A stretch of DNA of 64,000 nucleotides from an uncultured Eubacteriales bacterium (GCA_949747515.1 CATKFO010000086.1:1208-65207); one strand, 5' to 3'. Counted from the stretch's first letter, positions 1 through 10,860 are shown. A program made the numbers and translations. The notes: generated by a model not told the origin, from the letters alone.

Positions 1-329
1 GTTTCCATGAATTCAGCGTATGCAAACTTGTACGCCGGAGAGTTTTCATCAAAGGCGGATTGAATTAAATTTTCCGTAGTTTGATCGAGAGGATACATTT
101 TTAGATGCATTAATTCATGAACAAGTACGGCTTCTAAATTATCTGAATTAGCTCCTGAGGTATTAAGTATGAGAATTGCTTTTTTGTCAGTGCAATCAAT
201 TTTTATATCGCCGGTTTTTCTATATTCGGAATCTTCTATCAATTCTAACTGAACTGTCCAGCAAGGAGTAATCCGAAGTTTTTTACACCACTTTTCAAAG
301 AAAAATAATATTTTTTCTTTATCTTTCAT
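1..329 (-). CDS. Hypothetical protein with an HExxH (HELMH) motif; the 3' end runs off the window
   Basis: Manual minus-strand translation from ATG at 329: MKDKEKILFFFEKWCKKLRITPCWTVQLELIEDSEYRKTGDIKIDCTDKKAILILNTSGANSDNLEAVLVHELMHLKMYPLDQ... stays open to position 1. It is absent from the ORF track because it has no stop in the window. Confidence 0.4.
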   Translation of the reverse strand, partial: MKDKEKILFFFEKWCKKLRITPCWTVQLELIEDSEYRKTGDIKIDCTDKKAILILNTSGANSDNLEAVLVHELMHLKMYPLDQTTENLIQSAFDENSPAYKFAYAEFME

Positions 330-417
330 AGATATATTCCACTTCAATATTTCGTTTGGCGTTTGGGTTCTTAGAAGAAAATTAGCGTACGTTTATAAGT
401 TATATTTCGATTTACTC

Positions 418-1602
418 TTATAAAAGTATTTCAGCAAGTTTTTCAGCAATATCTGTTTTTTCCCATGGAGCGTTAATATCTTCGCGTCCCATATGTCCGT
501 ATGCTGAGAGAGGAGCATAAATAGGTCTTCGCAGATCAAAACGCGAAATGATAGCGCCGGGGCGCATATCTACCAAAGAACAGAGCGCGGAGGAAATCGC
601 GTCGTCCGTTATTCCTTTTTTTGCCGTGCCAAACGTGTCGGCCATAACTGATACGGGACGAGCTACTCCAATCGCGTACGCGAGCTGAACTTCGCACTTT
701 TTGGCGATTCCTGCGGAGACAATGTTTTTCGCAAGGTATCTTGCAAGGTAGGAAGCCGAGCGGTCTACTTTTGTAGGATCTTTTCCGGAAAATGCTCCGC
801 CTCCGTGTCTGGAATACCCGCCGTATGTATCTACAATGATCTTACGTCCCGTAAGGCCGCTGTCTCCCATAGGTCCTCCTACTACGAAACGTCCGGTAGG
901 ATTGACGAATATTTTTGTATTTTCGTCGATCATTGCCTGATCTACGGTCGGCTCAATAATATATTTTATAAAATCTTCTCTGATCTGTTCTAAGGATATG
1001 TTTTCATCATGCTGAGAGGATATGACTATAGCGTCCAAACGAATTGGTTTATCATCGTCGTATTCTACGGTAACCTGAGTTTTTCCGTCCGGTCTAAGGT
1101 ATGAAAGCGTACCGTTTTTTCTGACTTCGGCGAGTCGTTTTGCCAGTTTATGCGCGAGAGAAATGGGAAGAGGCATAAGTTCGTCGGTTTCATCGCACGC
1201 AAAACCAAACATGAGCCCCTGATCTCCGGCTCCGGTTTCGAATTCGTCGTTTATTTCGCCGGCCTTCGCTTCGCTTGAACGATCCACGCCCATAGCGATA
1301 TCGGGGGACTGACTGTGTATCATATTCACGACCGCGCAGGTATTTCCGTCAAAGCCGTACTTTGCTCTGTCGTATCCAATTTCAACTACCGCGTTTCGAA
1401 CCACCGATTGATAATCAACGTCCGCTGATGTAGTTATTTCGCCCATTACGGAAACAATACCTGTTGTGCACGTGGTTTCGCAGGCTACTCGAGCCATAGG
1501 ATCCTGTTTCAGTATTTCGTCAAGAATACCGTCGGATATTCGGTCGCAAATTTTGTCGGGATGTCCTTCTGTAACTGATTCTGAAGTAAAAAGTTTTTTC
1601 AT
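418..1602 (-). CDS. metK: S-adenosylmethionine synthetase
   Basis: 394 aa, N-terminus [20 protein letters not shown], with [12 protein letters not shown] and [16 protein letters not shown] signature blocks. A SAM-I riboswitch lies upstream. Confidence 0.97.
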   Translation of the reverse strand: MKKLFTSESVTEGHPDKICDRISDGILDEILKQDPMARVACETTCTTGIVSVMGEITTSADVDYQSVVRNAVVEIGYDRAKYGFDGNTCAVVNMIHSQSPDIAMGVDRSSEAKAGEINDEFETGAGDQGLMFGFACDETDELMPLPISLAHKLAKRLAEVRKNGTLSYLRPDGKTQVTVEYDDDKPIRLDAIVISSQHDENISLEQIREDFIKYIIEPTVDQAMIDENTKIFVNPTGRFVVGGPMGDSGLTGRKIIVDTYGGYSRHGGGAFSGKDPTKVDRSASYLARYLAKNIVSAGIAKKCEVQLAYAIGVARPVSVMADTFGTAKKGITDDAISSALCSLVDMRPGAIISRFDLRRPIYAPLSAYGHMGREDINAPWEKTDIAEKLAEILL

Positions 1603-1664
1603 TGCGTTTCCTTTCTCCTGCTTATAATAAAGATTTTCCGTTTATGGGATGAGTTAAGCTTTGG

Positions 1665-1721
1665 GGATAAAGTAAATAGCCTCATTTTATCAACAATTCA
1701 TAATGTTTGACAAAATGAGGC
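1665..1721 (-). terminator. Expression-platform hairpin of the SAM riboswitch
   Basis: On the minus strand AAGCCTCATTTT...AAAATGAGGCT forms an ~11-bp stem, followed by ATTTACTTTAT. The U-tract is imperfect. Confidence 0.5.
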
Positions 1722-1828
1722 TTAAATACTCATCTGTCAGGAATTGGCACCTTGTCAAATAGTTCGATAGGTTGCCGGGCGTCATAGAGCCAGTCTCTCA
1801 GCCACTCTTGATAAGCAGTATTTAATTT
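1722..1828 (-). promoter_or_regulatory. SAM-I (S-box) riboswitch aptamer in the metK leader
   Basis: Reverse complement reads CTGCTTATCAAGAGTGGCTGAGAGACTGGCTCTATGACGCCCGGCAACC...GGTGCCAATTCCTGACAGATGAG. This matches the conserved S-box core (TTATCAAGAG.GG..GAGGGACTGGC..ATGA..CC.GCAACC ... GGTGC.AATTCC...AGATGAG), and P1 can be extended by AAATAC/GTATTT. Confidence 0.85.
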
Positions 1829-1939
1829 TAATTATCAATTTAAGTATAACACAGAGCGCGACAAATATCAACAGTATTTTTATAAATATCGTACTTTTAA
1901 AAAAATTATTTTAGGTTAATGAACCTATATAAAATATAT

Positions 1940-2689
1940 TCAAACGCCGAATGAAAATTTTCCGCTTAGCCTTGTGAAAAAATATACGAGAGTCAGCGTC
2001 GCTACAACTATAGCGATAATCATAGTAGCGACGGTAACGGATCCACTTTTTTTGGAAGACGCGTTTATTCTATCTGGCAAATTGTCTGAAGAGGGAAGGG
2101 AAAGATCGCTTCTTGTAAATCCGGCGCTTCGAAGAGCCGTCGATATAGGGTTATATATTAAAAATACTATAGAGGCGTTAAAAATCGTCTTAACGGCGTT
2201 GAATGGAAGCAGTAATGAAGGAATCAGGTCGGCGACATACGAAGCTGAAACCGCTTCACCAGTTACAAGAGTCAGATAATATGGCGTAATAAGAATATTT
2301 GCAATCATCATCGCGGCTACAGTCGATATAACGGCGGTTCCTTCCGCTGCCATCGCTCCTCTAATATTGCGGTTCCTTCCGTATATCAAACTGCCGACGC
2401 ATACGAATACGCCGCTTGAAATAATGTTCATGACTAGTCCGTATAGGCCTGTCGTGCTTACTGTGATCATTTCTATTAAAGCGACGATTATTGCCATAGC
2501 AAGTCCATATAGCGGACCGAATATCATAGCGCCGACGGCCATAACGGAATCTTTAAGATCAAAGGTTAGAAAAGCGGCTTTGAAGTGAAAAAGCACGCAG
2601 CATACGTATGCGAAAGCGCAAAATACTCCTACCGCGGCGATTGTTTTTACTTTGTTTGATTTGTGTTTATATGTTGATAAAGCAGACAT
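1940..2689 (-). CDS. ribU: ECF-transporter S component, riboflavin type (RibU-like), with an extra C-terminal tail and TM segment
   Basis: Polytopic membrane protein starting MSALSTYKHKSNKVKTIAAVGVFCAFAYV (ATG at 2689) and preceded by an FMN riboswitch. The tracked ORF (to 2800) over-extends into that riboswitch. Confidence 0.7.
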   Translation of the reverse strand: MSALSTYKHKSNKVKTIAAVGVFCAFAYVCCVLFHFKAAFLTFDLKDSVMAVGAMIFGPLYGLAMAIIVALIEMITVSTTGLYGLVMNIISSGVFVCVGSLIYGRNRNIRGAMAAEGTAVISTVAAMMIANILITPYYLTLVTGEAVSASYVADLIPSLLLPFNAVKTIFNASIVFLIYNPISTALRSAGFTRSDLSLPSSDNLPDRINASSKKSGSVTVATMIIAIVVATLTLVYFFTRLSGKFSFGV

Positions 2690-2736
2690 CAGTATATTCC
2701 TCTCGTTTATTCTACAGAATACAGGGCTATACTGAG

Positions 2737-2769
2737 AAAAAGAAAAACCCCGACCACAATTGATCGGGA
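2737..2769 (-). terminator. Intrinsic terminator (expression platform) of the FMN riboswitch
   Basis: The minus strand reads CCCGATCAATTGTGGTCGGGG followed by TTTTTCTTTTT. Confidence 0.6.
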
Positions 2770-2784
2770 ATACGCAAAAAACGC

Positions 2785-2912
2785 TTTGTCTTTCTCTCAT
2801 CCGGACTATAACCGTCGGTACCGGAATTTCGCCGGTTCGGCGTCGTTATTGAAACGACGTTAGTGGACTGTAACCACCGGTAAGGAATTTCACCTATCCC
2901 CGAAAGCGTTTA
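2785..2912 (-). promoter_or_regulatory. FMN riboswitch (RFN element)
   Basis: Reverse complement reads CTTTCGGGGATAGGTGAAATTCCTTACCGGTGGTTACAGTCCAC...CGAACCGGCGAAATTCCGGTACCGACGGTTATAGTCCGGATGAGAGAAAG. This matches the RFN core (GGGG.AGGGTGAAATTCC..ACCGGCGGT...AGTCCG ... GGTGAAATTCC..ACCGACAGT.TAGTCTGGATG..AGAAG). Confidence 0.85.
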
Positions 2913-3015
2913 CGACAAATAGCCGCAACGCAAAAACAAATTTTGATTTATTTTATTCTATTTTATGCGGAGAGAAGCTGTTACGCTCCCGCTCCGCATA
3001 AATATTTAGTTTAAA

Positions 3016-4221
3016 CTACTCGGCAATCTCGGAAACGACGCCGGAACCAACGGTTCTACCACCCTCGCGGATAGCGAAACGGAGTCCTTTCTCGATAGCG
3101 ATAGGAGTAATAAGCTCAACGTTCATGTCAACGTTGTCGCCGGGACGGCACATTTCAACGTCGGCAGGAAGAGAGATAGTACCGGTAACGTCGGTAGTTC
3201 TGAAGTAGAACTGCGGTCTGTATCCGGAGAAGAAGGGTTTCTGACGTCCGCCCTCTTTTTCGGTAAGAACGTAAACCTGACCGGTGAACTTAGTGTGGGG
3301 GTTGATGGTACCGGGCTTGCAGAGAACCTGACCGCGCTCGATAGCCTTCTTGTCGATACCGCGGAGAAGAAGACCTACGTTGTCTCCAGCCTCGGCGGAA
3401 TCAAGGAGCTTACGGAACATCTCAACGCCGGTGATAACGGTGGTCTTTCTCTCTTCGGTAAGACCAATGATTTCAACGGTGTCGGACATCTTAACAGTAC
3501 CGCGCTCAACTCTACCGGTAGCAACGGTACCGCGTCCTGTGATAGAGAACACGTCCTCGACAGGCATAAGGAAGGGAAGATCAGCCTTTCTGTCGGGAGT
3601 AGGAATGTACTCGTCGACAGCCTTCATGAGCTCAAGGATAGAAGCGTACTCGGGAGAGCTGATATCCGTGCTGCCGCAGTCGAGAGCAACGCGAGCGGAT
3701 CCGCGGATAATCGGAATATCGTCGCCCGGGAAATCGTACTCGGAGAGAAGGTCGCGAATTTCCATCTCAACAAGCTCGAGAAGCTCTTCGTCGTCGACGA
3801 GGTCGGTCTTGTTCATGTAAACGACGATTGCGGGAACGCCAACCTGACGAGCGAGCAGGATGTGCTCACGAGTCTGCTGCATAGGACCGTCGGAAGCTGC
3901 GACAACGAGGATCGCGCCGTCCATCTGAGCCGCACCGGTGATCATGTTCTTAACGTAGTCGGCGTGGCCGGGGCAGTCGACGTGCGCGTAGTGACGAGTC
4001 TCGGTTTCGTACTCAACGTGTCTGGTATTGATTGTGATTCCGCGAGCTCTCTCTTCGGGAGCGTTGTCGATCTGATCGTATGCAAGGAACTCGATCTTGT
4101 CGTTGTTGAGAGCGAGGGTCTTGGTGATAGCTGCGGTAAGAGTGGTCTTACCGTGGTCGACGTGACCGATGGTACCAATGTTAACGTGGGGCTTATTACG
4201 TTCGAATTTTGCCTTTGCCAT
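3016..4221 (-). CDS. tuf: Elongation factor Tu
   Basis: 401 aa, [40 protein letters not shown]. Confidence 0.98.
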   Translation of the reverse strand: MAKAKFERNKPHVNIGTIGHVDHGKTTLTAAITKTLALNNDKIEFLAYDQIDNAPEERARGITINTRHVEYETETRHYAHVDCPGHADYVKNMITGAAQMDGAILVVAASDGPMQQTREHILLARQVGVPAIVVYMNKTDLVDDEELLELVEMEIRDLLSEYDFPGDDIPIIRGSARVALDCGSTDISSPEYASILELMKAVDEYIPTPDRKADLPFLMPVEDVFSITGRGTVATGRVERGTVKMSDTVEIIGLTEERKTTVITGVEMFRKLLDSAEAGDNVGLLLRGIDKKAIERGQVLCKPGTINPHTKFTGQVYVLTEKEGGRQKPFFSGYRPQFYFRTTDVTGTISLPADVEMCRPGDNVDMNVELITPIAIEKGLRFAIREGGRTVGSGVVSEIAE

Positions 4222-4263
4222 GGATATTATTCCTCCTAAAAATATTTAAAGTTTATTAGTTAA

Positions 4264-6342
4264 TTAGTTTTTCGCTCTTGCCTTGATAACGGTTTCCTGA
4301 ATTGACTTAGGAACTTCGGCGAAGTGAGACGGCTCCATTGAATATTGAGCGCGTCCTTGGCTCTTAGAACGGAGGTCGGTAGCGTAACCGAACATCTCGG
4401 ACAGAGGAACGAAAGCGATAATTTCGGTAGCTCCGTTTCCGGGCTCCATAGTGTTGATCTGACCGCGGCGTGAGTTAAAGTCTCCGATAACGTCGCCGAG
4501 ATACTGATCGGGAGTTATCGTCGTAACCTTCATAATTGGCTCGGTAAGAACCGGATCGGCAAGACGCATAGCTTCCTTGAAAGCCATGGATCCGGCGATC
4601 TTAAACGCCATTTCAGAAGAGTCGACCTCGTGGTATGAACCGTCGTAAAGCGTTACTTTAACGTCGACAACGTTATAACCTGCGAGAACTCCGTTCTGCA
4701 TCGCGCCCTGAATACCCTGATTAACAGGCTCGATAAACTCCTTCGGAATTGAACCGCCTGTAACGGAGTTTATAAACTCGTATCCCTTTCCTGGTTCGTT
4801 CGGTTCGACGATTATCTTAACGTGACCGTACTGACCCGAACCGCCGGACTGACGCTTATACTTGCACTCGTGATCGACGCGCTTGCGGATTGTTTCTTTA
4901 TACGCGACCTGAGGCTTACCGATATTTGCTTCAACCTTAAATTCTCTGAGAAGTCTGTCGACTATGATTTCAAGATGAAGCTCGCCCATTCCGGCGATAA
5001 TCGTCTGACCGGTTTCGTCGTCGGTATAGGTACGGAAAGTCGGGTCTTCCTCGGCAAGTTTCGCAAGACCGATGCCCATTTTTTCCTGACCCGCGCGAGT
5101 TTTAGGCTCGATCGCGACTCTGATAACGGGTTCCGGGAACTCCATAGATTCAAGAATTACGGGAGACTTCTCGTCGCAGAAGGTGTCTCCTGTGGTCGTA
5201 TACTTTGTAGCGACTACGGCCGCAATGTCTCCGGCGTAGCAGCATTCAAGATCTGTTCTGTCGTTTGCGTGCATCTGCACGATACGGCCGAATCTTTCAC
5301 GCTTTTCCTTGGTAGAGTTATAAACGGTAGTTCCTGCTGAAACAGAACCGGAATATACTCTAAAGAAGCAGAGCTTACCGACGTACGGGTCGGTCATAAT
5401 CTTGAACGCAAGGGCGGAGAACGGCTCCTCGTCCGACGCGTGTCTGTCTTCTTCATCTCCAGTATCCGGGTTTATTCCTCTGATGGCGGGAATATCCGTA
5501 GGAGCGGGCATGAAGTCGATGATGGCGTCGAGAAGCTTCTGCACGCCTTTGTTTTTATAGGATGTTCCGCAGACGACGGGAACTATCTTGTTAGCGATAG
5601 TAGCCGCGCGGAGAGCCTTCTTTAACTCGTCGACGGTGATTTCGTCTCCGTTGCAGTACTTTTCGAAAAGCTCTTCATCAGTTTCGCAGATAGACTCGAC
5701 CATTGCGTCGCGGTATTCCCGAGCCTTGTCGGCCATATCCGCCGGAATCTCCTCGACTCGCATATCTTTGCCGAGGTCGTCGTAGTAAATGTCGGCTTCC
5801 ATATTCATAAGGTCTATAATACCTCTGAACGAAGCCTCGGCTCCTATGGGGAGCTGAATCGGAACGGCGTTGGCTTTGAGGCGCTCCTTCATCATGTCTA
5901 CTACATGGTAGAAGTTTGCGCCCATGATGTCCATTTTATTGACGTAAGCCATTCTCGGGACGCCGTACTTGTCGGCCTGTCTCCATACGGTTTCCGACTG
6001 AGGCTCGACGCCTCCTTTAGCGCAGAGAACCGTAACGGAACCGTCAAGTACTCTCAGAGAACGCTCTACTTCAACGGTAAAGTCAACGTGTCCGGGGGTA
6101 TCAATAATATTGATTCGCGTATTTTTCCAGTAGCACGTGGTAGCGGCGGAGGTAATTGTAATACCTCTTTCCTGCTCCTGCTCCATCCAGTCCATGGTGG
6201 CTCCGCCCTCATGAACCTCTCCTATCTTATGGGTCTTACCGGTATAGAACAGTATACGCTCGGTAGTAGTGGTCTTACCGGCGTCGATGTGAGCCATGAT
6301 GCCGATGTTTCTGGTACGCTCAAGTGAATAATCTCTTGGCAT
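4264..6342 (-). CDS. fusA: Elongation factor G
   Basis: 692 aa, [32 protein letters not shown]. It sits in the canonical position between rpsG and tuf. Confidence 0.98.
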   Translation of the reverse strand: MPRDYSLERTRNIGIMAHIDAGKTTTTERILFYTGKTHKIGEVHEGGATMDWMEQEQERGITITSAATTCYWKNTRINIIDTPGHVDFTVEVERSLRVLDGSVTVLCAKGGVEPQSETVWRQADKYGVPRMAYVNKMDIMGANFYHVVDMMKERLKANAVPIQLPIGAEASFRGIIDLMNMEADIYYDDLGKDMRVEEIPADMADKAREYRDAMVESICETDEELFEKYCNGDEITVDELKKALRAATIANKIVPVVCGTSYKNKGVQKLLDAIIDFMPAPTDIPAIRGINPDTGDEEDRHASDEEPFSALAFKIMTDPYVGKLCFFRVYSGSVSAGTTVYNSTKEKRERFGRIVQMHANDRTDLECCYAGDIAAVVATKYTTTGDTFCDEKSPVILESMEFPEPVIRVAIEPKTRAGQEKMGIGLAKLAEEDPTFRTYTDDETGQTIIAGMGELHLEIIVDRLLREFKVEANIGKPQVAYKETIRKRVDHECKYKRQSGGSGQYGHVKIIVEPNEPGKGYEFINSVTGGSIPKEFIEPVNQGIQGAMQNGVLAGYNVVDVKVTLYDGSYHEVDSSEMAFKIAGSMAFKEAMRLADPVLTEPIMKVTTITPDQYLGDVIGDFNSRRGQINTMEPGNGATEIIAFVPLSEMFGYATDLRSKSQGRAQYSMEPSHFAEVPKSIQETVIKARAKN

Positions 6343-6434
6343 ATTAAATATATTATCTCCTTTTTCGGACCCTTATCTTTGCACGTCAAACTTGATCTGG
6401 GCGCCGGACGACTTACGCCGCCGCGCCGATAAAA

Positions 6435-6905
6435 TCAATATCTGAAATGCGCGAACGCCTTGTTGGCTTCCGCCATTCTGTGGGTGTCTTCTTTCTTTTT
6501 GAAAGCTCCGCCCATCTGATTTTTCGCGTCAATTATTTCAGCCGCAAGTCTTTCGGCCATAGTCTTTTCGCCTCTTGAACGCGAGTAAGCGACAAGCCAG
6601 CGAAGACCGAGTGTCTGACGTCTTTCGGGTCTTACTTCGATCGGCACCTGATAGTTGGAACCGCCGACGCGGCGAGCCTTGACTTCAAGAACGGGCATAA
6701 CGTTCTCAAGAGCGTCGTTGAACGCCTCGAGGGGATTCTGACCGATCTTTTCTTCAACGATAGCGAACGCGTCGTAAACGATCTTTTGAGCAACGCCTTT
6801 CTTACCGTCCAGCATGATGTTGTTGATCAGCTTGGTTACGGTTTTTGAATTATACATAGGATCCGGTAATACGTCTCTTTTGGATATCTGACCTCTTCTC
6901 GACAC
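6435..6905 (-). CDS. rpsG: 30S ribosomal protein S7
   Basis: [27 protein letters not shown] is the typical S7 N-terminus. The likely start is GTG at 6905, with AAGGAGGG 6-7 nt upstream. The tracked ATG at 6923 lies inside that SD. Confidence 0.93.
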   Translation of the reverse strand: MSRRGQISKRDVLPDPMYNSKTVTKLINNIMLDGKKGVAQKIVYDAFAIVEEKIGQNPLEAFNDALENVMPVLEVKARRVGGSNYQVPIEVRPERRQTLGLRWLVAYSRSRGEKTMAERLAAEIIDAKNQMGGAFKKKEDTHRMAEANKAFAHFRY

Positions 6906-7035
6906 TGTACTTCCCTCCTTCATTAAAAATTATGATATCACAGGTACTCGAAAGAAATCTTTCGTATGCGTCGCGCTGTCAGCTGCAAAAACATTTATTA
7001 CAGAACAGCTCTGACACATGATAGCGCGTAAAATT

Positions 7036-7449
7036 TTATTTCTTCGCGCGCTTTGCGCCGTACTTGGAGCGCCCTTGATTGCGGTTCGCAACGCCCTGAG
7101 CGTCGAGAGCTCCGCGGATGACGTGGTAACGTACGCCGGGAAGGTCGCGAACTCTTCCGCCTCTGATGAGAACGACGGAGTGCTCCTGAAGGTTGTGACC
7201 GATACCGGGGATGTAGCAGGTAGCTTCCATTCCGTTGGTAAGTCTTACTCTGGCGATCTTACGGAGAGCCGAGTTAGGCTTTTTCGGCGTGGTAGTCGTA
7301 ACCTTTGTGCAAACGCCGCGCTTTTGAGGGCTGCTCTGATCTGTCGCGCGGTTCTTCAAGGTGTTGAAGCCCTGCTGCAGAACGGGAGCCTTCGACTTAT
7401 AGGTCTTGTCCTGTCTGCCCTGTCTTACGAGCTGGTTAAGGGTTGGCAT
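7036..7449 (-). CDS. rpsL: 30S ribosomal protein S12
   Basis: [12 protein letters not shown]... is the typical S12 N-terminus. ATG at 7449 is preceded by GGAGGAAAAAC. The tracked ORF start (7470) is an upstream in-frame ATG. Confidence 0.93.
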   Translation of the reverse strand: MPTLNQLVRQGRQDKTYKSKAPVLQQGFNTLKNRATDQSSPQKRGVCTKVTTTTPKKPNSALRKIARVRLTNGMEATCYIPGIGHNLQEHSVVLIRGGRVRDLPGVRYHVIRGALDAQGVANRNQGRSKYGAKRAKK

Positions 7450-7568
7450 GTTTTTCCTCCATTTCTTCAATAATAAATGTTTTCGCTTTTGGGAAAGAGA
7501 CGTCCTGCAAGCGATATTATCGTCGCTTATGGGTAAAATTATACAATTATCCCATAGGCGTACAGCTA

Positions 7569-7597
7569 ATTATAGCGCTTTGCGGATGAATTGTCAA
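7569..7597 (-). promoter_or_regulatory. Sigma-70-type promoter for rpsL-rpsG-fusA-tuf
   Basis: The minus strand reads TTGACA-17 nt-TATAAT (CTTGACAATTCATCCGCAAAGCGCTATAAT), about 115 nt upstream of the rpsL ATG. Confidence 0.6.
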
Positions 7598-8152
7598 GAG
7601 TTCCTGGAATTTTTACTTTTTGCACAGTTATAGACTACTATTTGCGTTTTCTTTGCACGGATAAGCTATTATCGTCGTCCTCTTGATTCAAAGTGATGGA
7701 GAACTCCGATAATGGTCTTGTTTTACAACCGGAAGAAAACATATAATACAAATTGAAAGAATGGCGGATAAATGCCGACGTAGAAACGAAAAAAGAGGAT
7801 AAATCCAGCCTTACGAGCGGCAGAGCGAATATAAATACTGTAAGGAGGATCAAAATACCGATGATACTGTGCCTGTAAGAAGATAAAAGCAAACGTAGCG
7901 TACAGACGGTTTCTGGGAGTGGAGATAATGGATAATGCGTCCCGCTTTACTACCTTCCGCAAAAACTGCACGAAAAGATTCAGGAATACCGATCGCTTTG
8001 AGCAGATATTCTCACGAATACTTGAAAATTTATTAAGCAACAACTCGTAAATCCAAAATATGTATTTGCAGACGCAACGTGTGTAAGCTTTTTCTGTCTT
8101 TTACTCGCCTTTTCAGTTTTTTTTCAGTTTTAATCTTTGATTTTTCTTCTTT

Positions 8153-8189
8153 AACCAAAAAGGAGCTTTGCTTTTCCGCAACGCTCCTT
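8153..8189 (-). terminator. Intrinsic terminator downstream of rplA
   Basis: The minus strand reads AAGGAGCGTTGCGGAAAAGCAAAGCTCCTT followed by TTTGG. Confidence 0.6.
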
Positions 8190-8200
8190 ATGTCTTCACT

Positions 8201-8233
8201 AACCGTCTGCGGTAGTATGACAGACGGTTTTTT
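8201..8233. terminator. 9-bp hairpin whose T-tract is on the plus strand
   Basis: AACCGTCTG-cggtagtatga-CAGACGGTT followed by TTTTT on the plus strand. On the minus strand (rplA direction) it is followed by TTAGTG only. Confidence 0.45.
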
Positions 8234-8260
8234 AGATATTTAACTGTTGTAAAATAATGT

Positions 8261-8953
8261 TTAGCCGAGCTTCGCGCCGTTTACTTTTATGCCGGGACCC
8301 ATAGTGGAAGCGACGACGCAGCTCTTAATGTACTGACCCTTAGCGGCGGCCGGCTTAGCCTTGATAATCGCTCCGATGAGAGTTTCAAAGTTTTCGCGGA
8401 GCTTGTCGGCGCCGAACGAAGCCTTTCCGATAGGACAGTGAATGATGTTGGTCTTATCGAGACGATATTCGATTTTACCAGCTTTAGCTTCGTTAACTGC
8501 TTTAGCGACGTCCATGGTTACGGTTCCCGCCTTAGGGTTAGGCATGAGCCCCTTAGGGCCGAGAACTCGTCCCAAACGACCTATGGAAGCCATCATATCC
8601 GGCGTGGCGATAACGACGTCGAAATCAAACCAGTTTTCCTTTGTTATTTTTTCAACGAGATCAGCGTCGCCGACATATTCGGCGCCTGCCTCGCGAGCCT
8701 CGTTCGCACGGTCGCCCTTAGCAAATACGAGAACTCTCATTGATTTACCGGTTCCGTGGGGGAGTACGATAGCTCCGCGAACCTGCTGATCTGCGTGGCG
8801 GGAGTCGACGCCCAGACGGACGTGAAGCTCGACGGTTTCGTCAAACTTAGCCTTAGAGGTCTGGCATACAAGGCCGAATGCCTCTTCGGGATCATACATT
8901 TTATTCTTTTCGAGCAGCTTTACGCTGTCAACATACTTCTTACCCTTTGTCAT
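8261..8953 (-). CDS. rplA: 50S ribosomal protein L1
   Basis: 230 aa, [10 protein letters not shown]...[20 protein letters not shown], the typical L1 sequence. Confidence 0.97.
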   Translation of the reverse strand: MTKGKKYVDSVKLLEKNKMYDPEEAFGLVCQTSKAKFDETVELHVRLGVDSRHADQQVRGAIVLPHGTGKSMRVLVFAKGDRANEAREAGAEYVGDADLVEKITKENWFDFDVVIATPDMMASIGRLGRVLGPKGLMPNPKAGTVTMDVAKAVNEAKAGKIEYRLDKTNIIHCPIGKASFGADKLRENFETLIGAIIKAKPAAAKGQYIKSCVVASTMGPGIKVNGAKLG

Positions 8954-8967
8954 CTCGTCACTCCTCC

Positions 8968-9393
8968 TTAGTCCTCAACAACGATACCCATTGAACGGGC
9001 CGTGCCTGCGATCATACTCATTGCGGCTTCGATGGAACCTGCGTTGAGGTCCTTCATCTTGGTCTCGGCGATCTGGCGAATTTGTTCCGTCTTGATCTTC
9101 GCAACCTTAGTTTTGTTGGGAGCTGCGGACGCGGTCTCGATTCCGCACGCCTTTTTTATGAGAACTGGGGCCGGCGGAGTCTTAGTGATGAAGGAGAAAG
9201 AGCGGTCAGCGTAAACCGTAATAACGACGGGAATGATAAGTCCGATGTCGTTCTTAGTTCTTTCGTTGAACTCTTTGGTGAAGTTCGGAATAGCTACGCC
9301 GTACTGACCCAGAGCGGGACCTACGGGCGGCTGGGGAGTCGCCTTACCTGCGGGCAACTGAAGCTTGATATAGCCGATAATTTTCTTTGCCAT
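8968..9393 (-). CDS. rplK: 50S ribosomal protein L11
   Basis: 141 aa, [30 protein letters not shown]. Confidence 0.97.
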   Translation of the reverse strand: MAKKIIGYIKLQLPAGKATPQPPVGPALGQYGVAIPNFTKEFNERTKNDIGLIIPVVITVYADRSFSFITKTPPAPVLIKKACGIETASAAPNKTKVAKIKTEQIRQIAETKMKDLNAGSIEAAMSMIAGTARSMGIVVED

Positions 9394-9499
9394 AGCAAAT
9401 ATACCTCCGTGTGTGGTTTATGACGGGAGACTCAAAATTTTCTCCCTCCCACTTTTCGATGCGCATAAGCGGCGCGCATCAGCCGCCAAGACGTTTGTA

Positions 9500-10042
9500 T
9501 TACGCCTTTCGGATATGCTTAAGCTCAAGCTTAATCGGCATATCCCGTCCGACTGTGGAAATTACTACTGTGACTTCGTTTCCGTCGGGCGACATTTCTG
9601 CGAGAGTTCCGGTATATCCGGAGAATATTCCGTCGATTATATCGACTGTATCTCCTACGCATACCGAGGTAGTCGCAGTTACCGTTTCGTCCTCGGCGAT
9701 AATTGCCGCCGCTTCTTCGTCGGAAAGCGGCACGGGTTTCGATCCGGGACCTACGAAGCCGGTGACTCCGCGAATATTGCGGACTACGTGCCAGCTTTCG
9801 TCCGTCATGACCATTTTGATCAGAACGTATGATGGGAAGATTTTGCTTTCGGTTTCTTTTTCGTTTCCTCCGTCCGATTCTACGATCGTTTCCGTAGGAA
9901 TACGTATTTCTTTGATGAGCTCTCCGAGACCGCGGTTTTCCACGATCTTTTCAAGATTCATCTTGACCTTGTTCTCGTATCCCGAATAAGTATGCGCTAC
10001 GTACCAGCGCAGACCTTCGTTCATTTCATTGATATCGCTCAT
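9500..10042 (-). CDS. nusG: Transcription termination/antitermination factor NusG
   Basis: 180 aa, WYVAHTYSGYENKV (NGN domain), a C-terminal KOW-like segment (GDTVDIIDGIFSGYTGTL), and secE-nusG-rplK synteny. Confidence 0.95.
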   Translation of the reverse strand: MSDINEMNEGLRWYVAHTYSGYENKVKMNLEKIVENRGLGELIKEIRIPTETIVESDGGNEKETESKIFPSYVLIKMVMTDESWHVVRNIRGVTGFVGPGSKPVPLSDEEAAAIIAEDETVTATTSVCVGDTVDIIDGIFSGYTGTLAEMSPDGNEVTVVISTVGRDMPIKLELKHIRKA

Positions 10043-10057
10043 TATCCTCTCCGCGAC

Positions 10058-10315
10058 TTAGAAAATCTTTTCCGCAAGCGTGCCCATTGCTCCGATCGTT
10101 CCGGAAAGCAGATAGTCGACTAATGCGAGAACTGCTCCAAGTATGATCACGCACACTAGGACGATTACGGTGTTTTTACGTACGGAAGGCCAGCTCGCCC
10201 AAGAAATTTTTCTGGATTCTGAACGAAGGGAACGGAACCACGCGCCGATTCTTGAGAACACTGAAGGCTTTTTCGCTTTCTTTTCTGAAGCGGCCTTGGT
10301 TTCTTTTTCAGCCAT
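10058..10315 (-). CDS. secE: Preprotein translocase subunit SecE
   Basis: 85 aa with a basic N-terminus, a single C-terminal TM, and the SESRKISWASWPSVRKNT motif. It sits between rpmG and nusG. Confidence 0.9.
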   Translation of the reverse strand: MAEKETKAASEKKAKKPSVFSRIGAWFRSLRSESRKISWASWPSVRKNTVIVLVCVIILGAVLALVDYLLSGTIGAMGTLAEKIF

Positions 10316-10333
10316 CTTTTTCCCTCTTTCTAC

Positions 10334-10483
10334 TTACTTGGTTTCTTTGTGCAAGGTGTGCTTGCGGCAGAAACGGCAGTATTTGTTGAGCTCGAGTCTG
10401 TCAGGGTCGTTCTTTTTGTTTTTCATCGTGTCATAATTGCGTTGTTTGCATTCGCTGCAGGCAAGAGTGATCTTTACTCTCAT
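10334..10483 (-). CDS. rpmG: 50S ribosomal protein L33
   Basis: [49 protein letters not shown] (49 aa). ATG at 10483 is preceded by AGGAGGTG. The tracked ORF is over-extended. Confidence 0.93.
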   Translation of the reverse strand: MRVKITLACSECKQRNYDTMKNKKNDPDRLELNKYCRFCRKHTLHKETK

Positions 10484-10587
10484 TGTTTCGGCACCTCCTA
10501 TTGTATTTGGGACAATCCCATATTTATTTCGTACCTCCCTCGGCGGAAGCGGGCGCAAAAAAAGAACCCTCCGCTTGAGGTGTCTAC

Positions 10588-10616
10588 ATTATATCATGTC
10601 TTGTCCCGCATGTCAA
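10588..10616 (-). promoter_or_regulatory. Sigma-70-type promoter for rpmG-secE-nusG
   Basis: The minus strand reads TTGACA-17 nt-TATAAT (ATTGACATGCGGGACAAGACATGATATAATG). Confidence 0.55.
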
Positions 10617-10860
10617 TAGCTGAAGCGGTTATTCGCGCCATATTTACTAATAATTATAGATCTTTTTTCCAATATTCTTCTTTTAGTATATTTTTTTAAT
10701 ATAAACATTACTTAACTTATATTACTTATATTGACGATACGTATGCGAAATGATATAATCGTAAATATATAAGAATAAACGATAAAAAATATATAAACGT
10801 TTATTATCGCCGACGGAAACACATTGAAACGCATTCGGAGCGATATGATAGGAGATAATA

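Noticed and set aside
2690-2800. N-terminal 37 codons of the tracked 286-aa ORF (MRERQSVFCVFPINCGRGF...)
   Set aside because: This stretch is the FMN riboswitch 3' half and its terminator. The RibU-like protein starts at ATG 2689.
3295-4239. 314-aa ORF (plus other long ORFs) antisense to tuf, with similar antisense ORFs inside fusA, pnp, the SLH genes (for example 22690..23505, 271 aa), hydG and trpB2 (47483..48022)
   Set aside because: They lie entirely within strongly supported conserved genes on the opposite strand. Their translations are low-complexity (Ser/Arg/Val-rich) with no recognisable motifs and no SD. This is the usual stop-codon depletion seen opposite highly biased genes.
7638-8043. 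Tracked 84-aa and 106-aa minus-strand ORFs in the rplA-rpsL gap
   Set aside because: They overlap each other in different frames, start at TTG or lack an SD, and have odd composition with no recognisable domain. I treat them as non-coding unless expression data say otherwise. The gap itself is reported as a finding.
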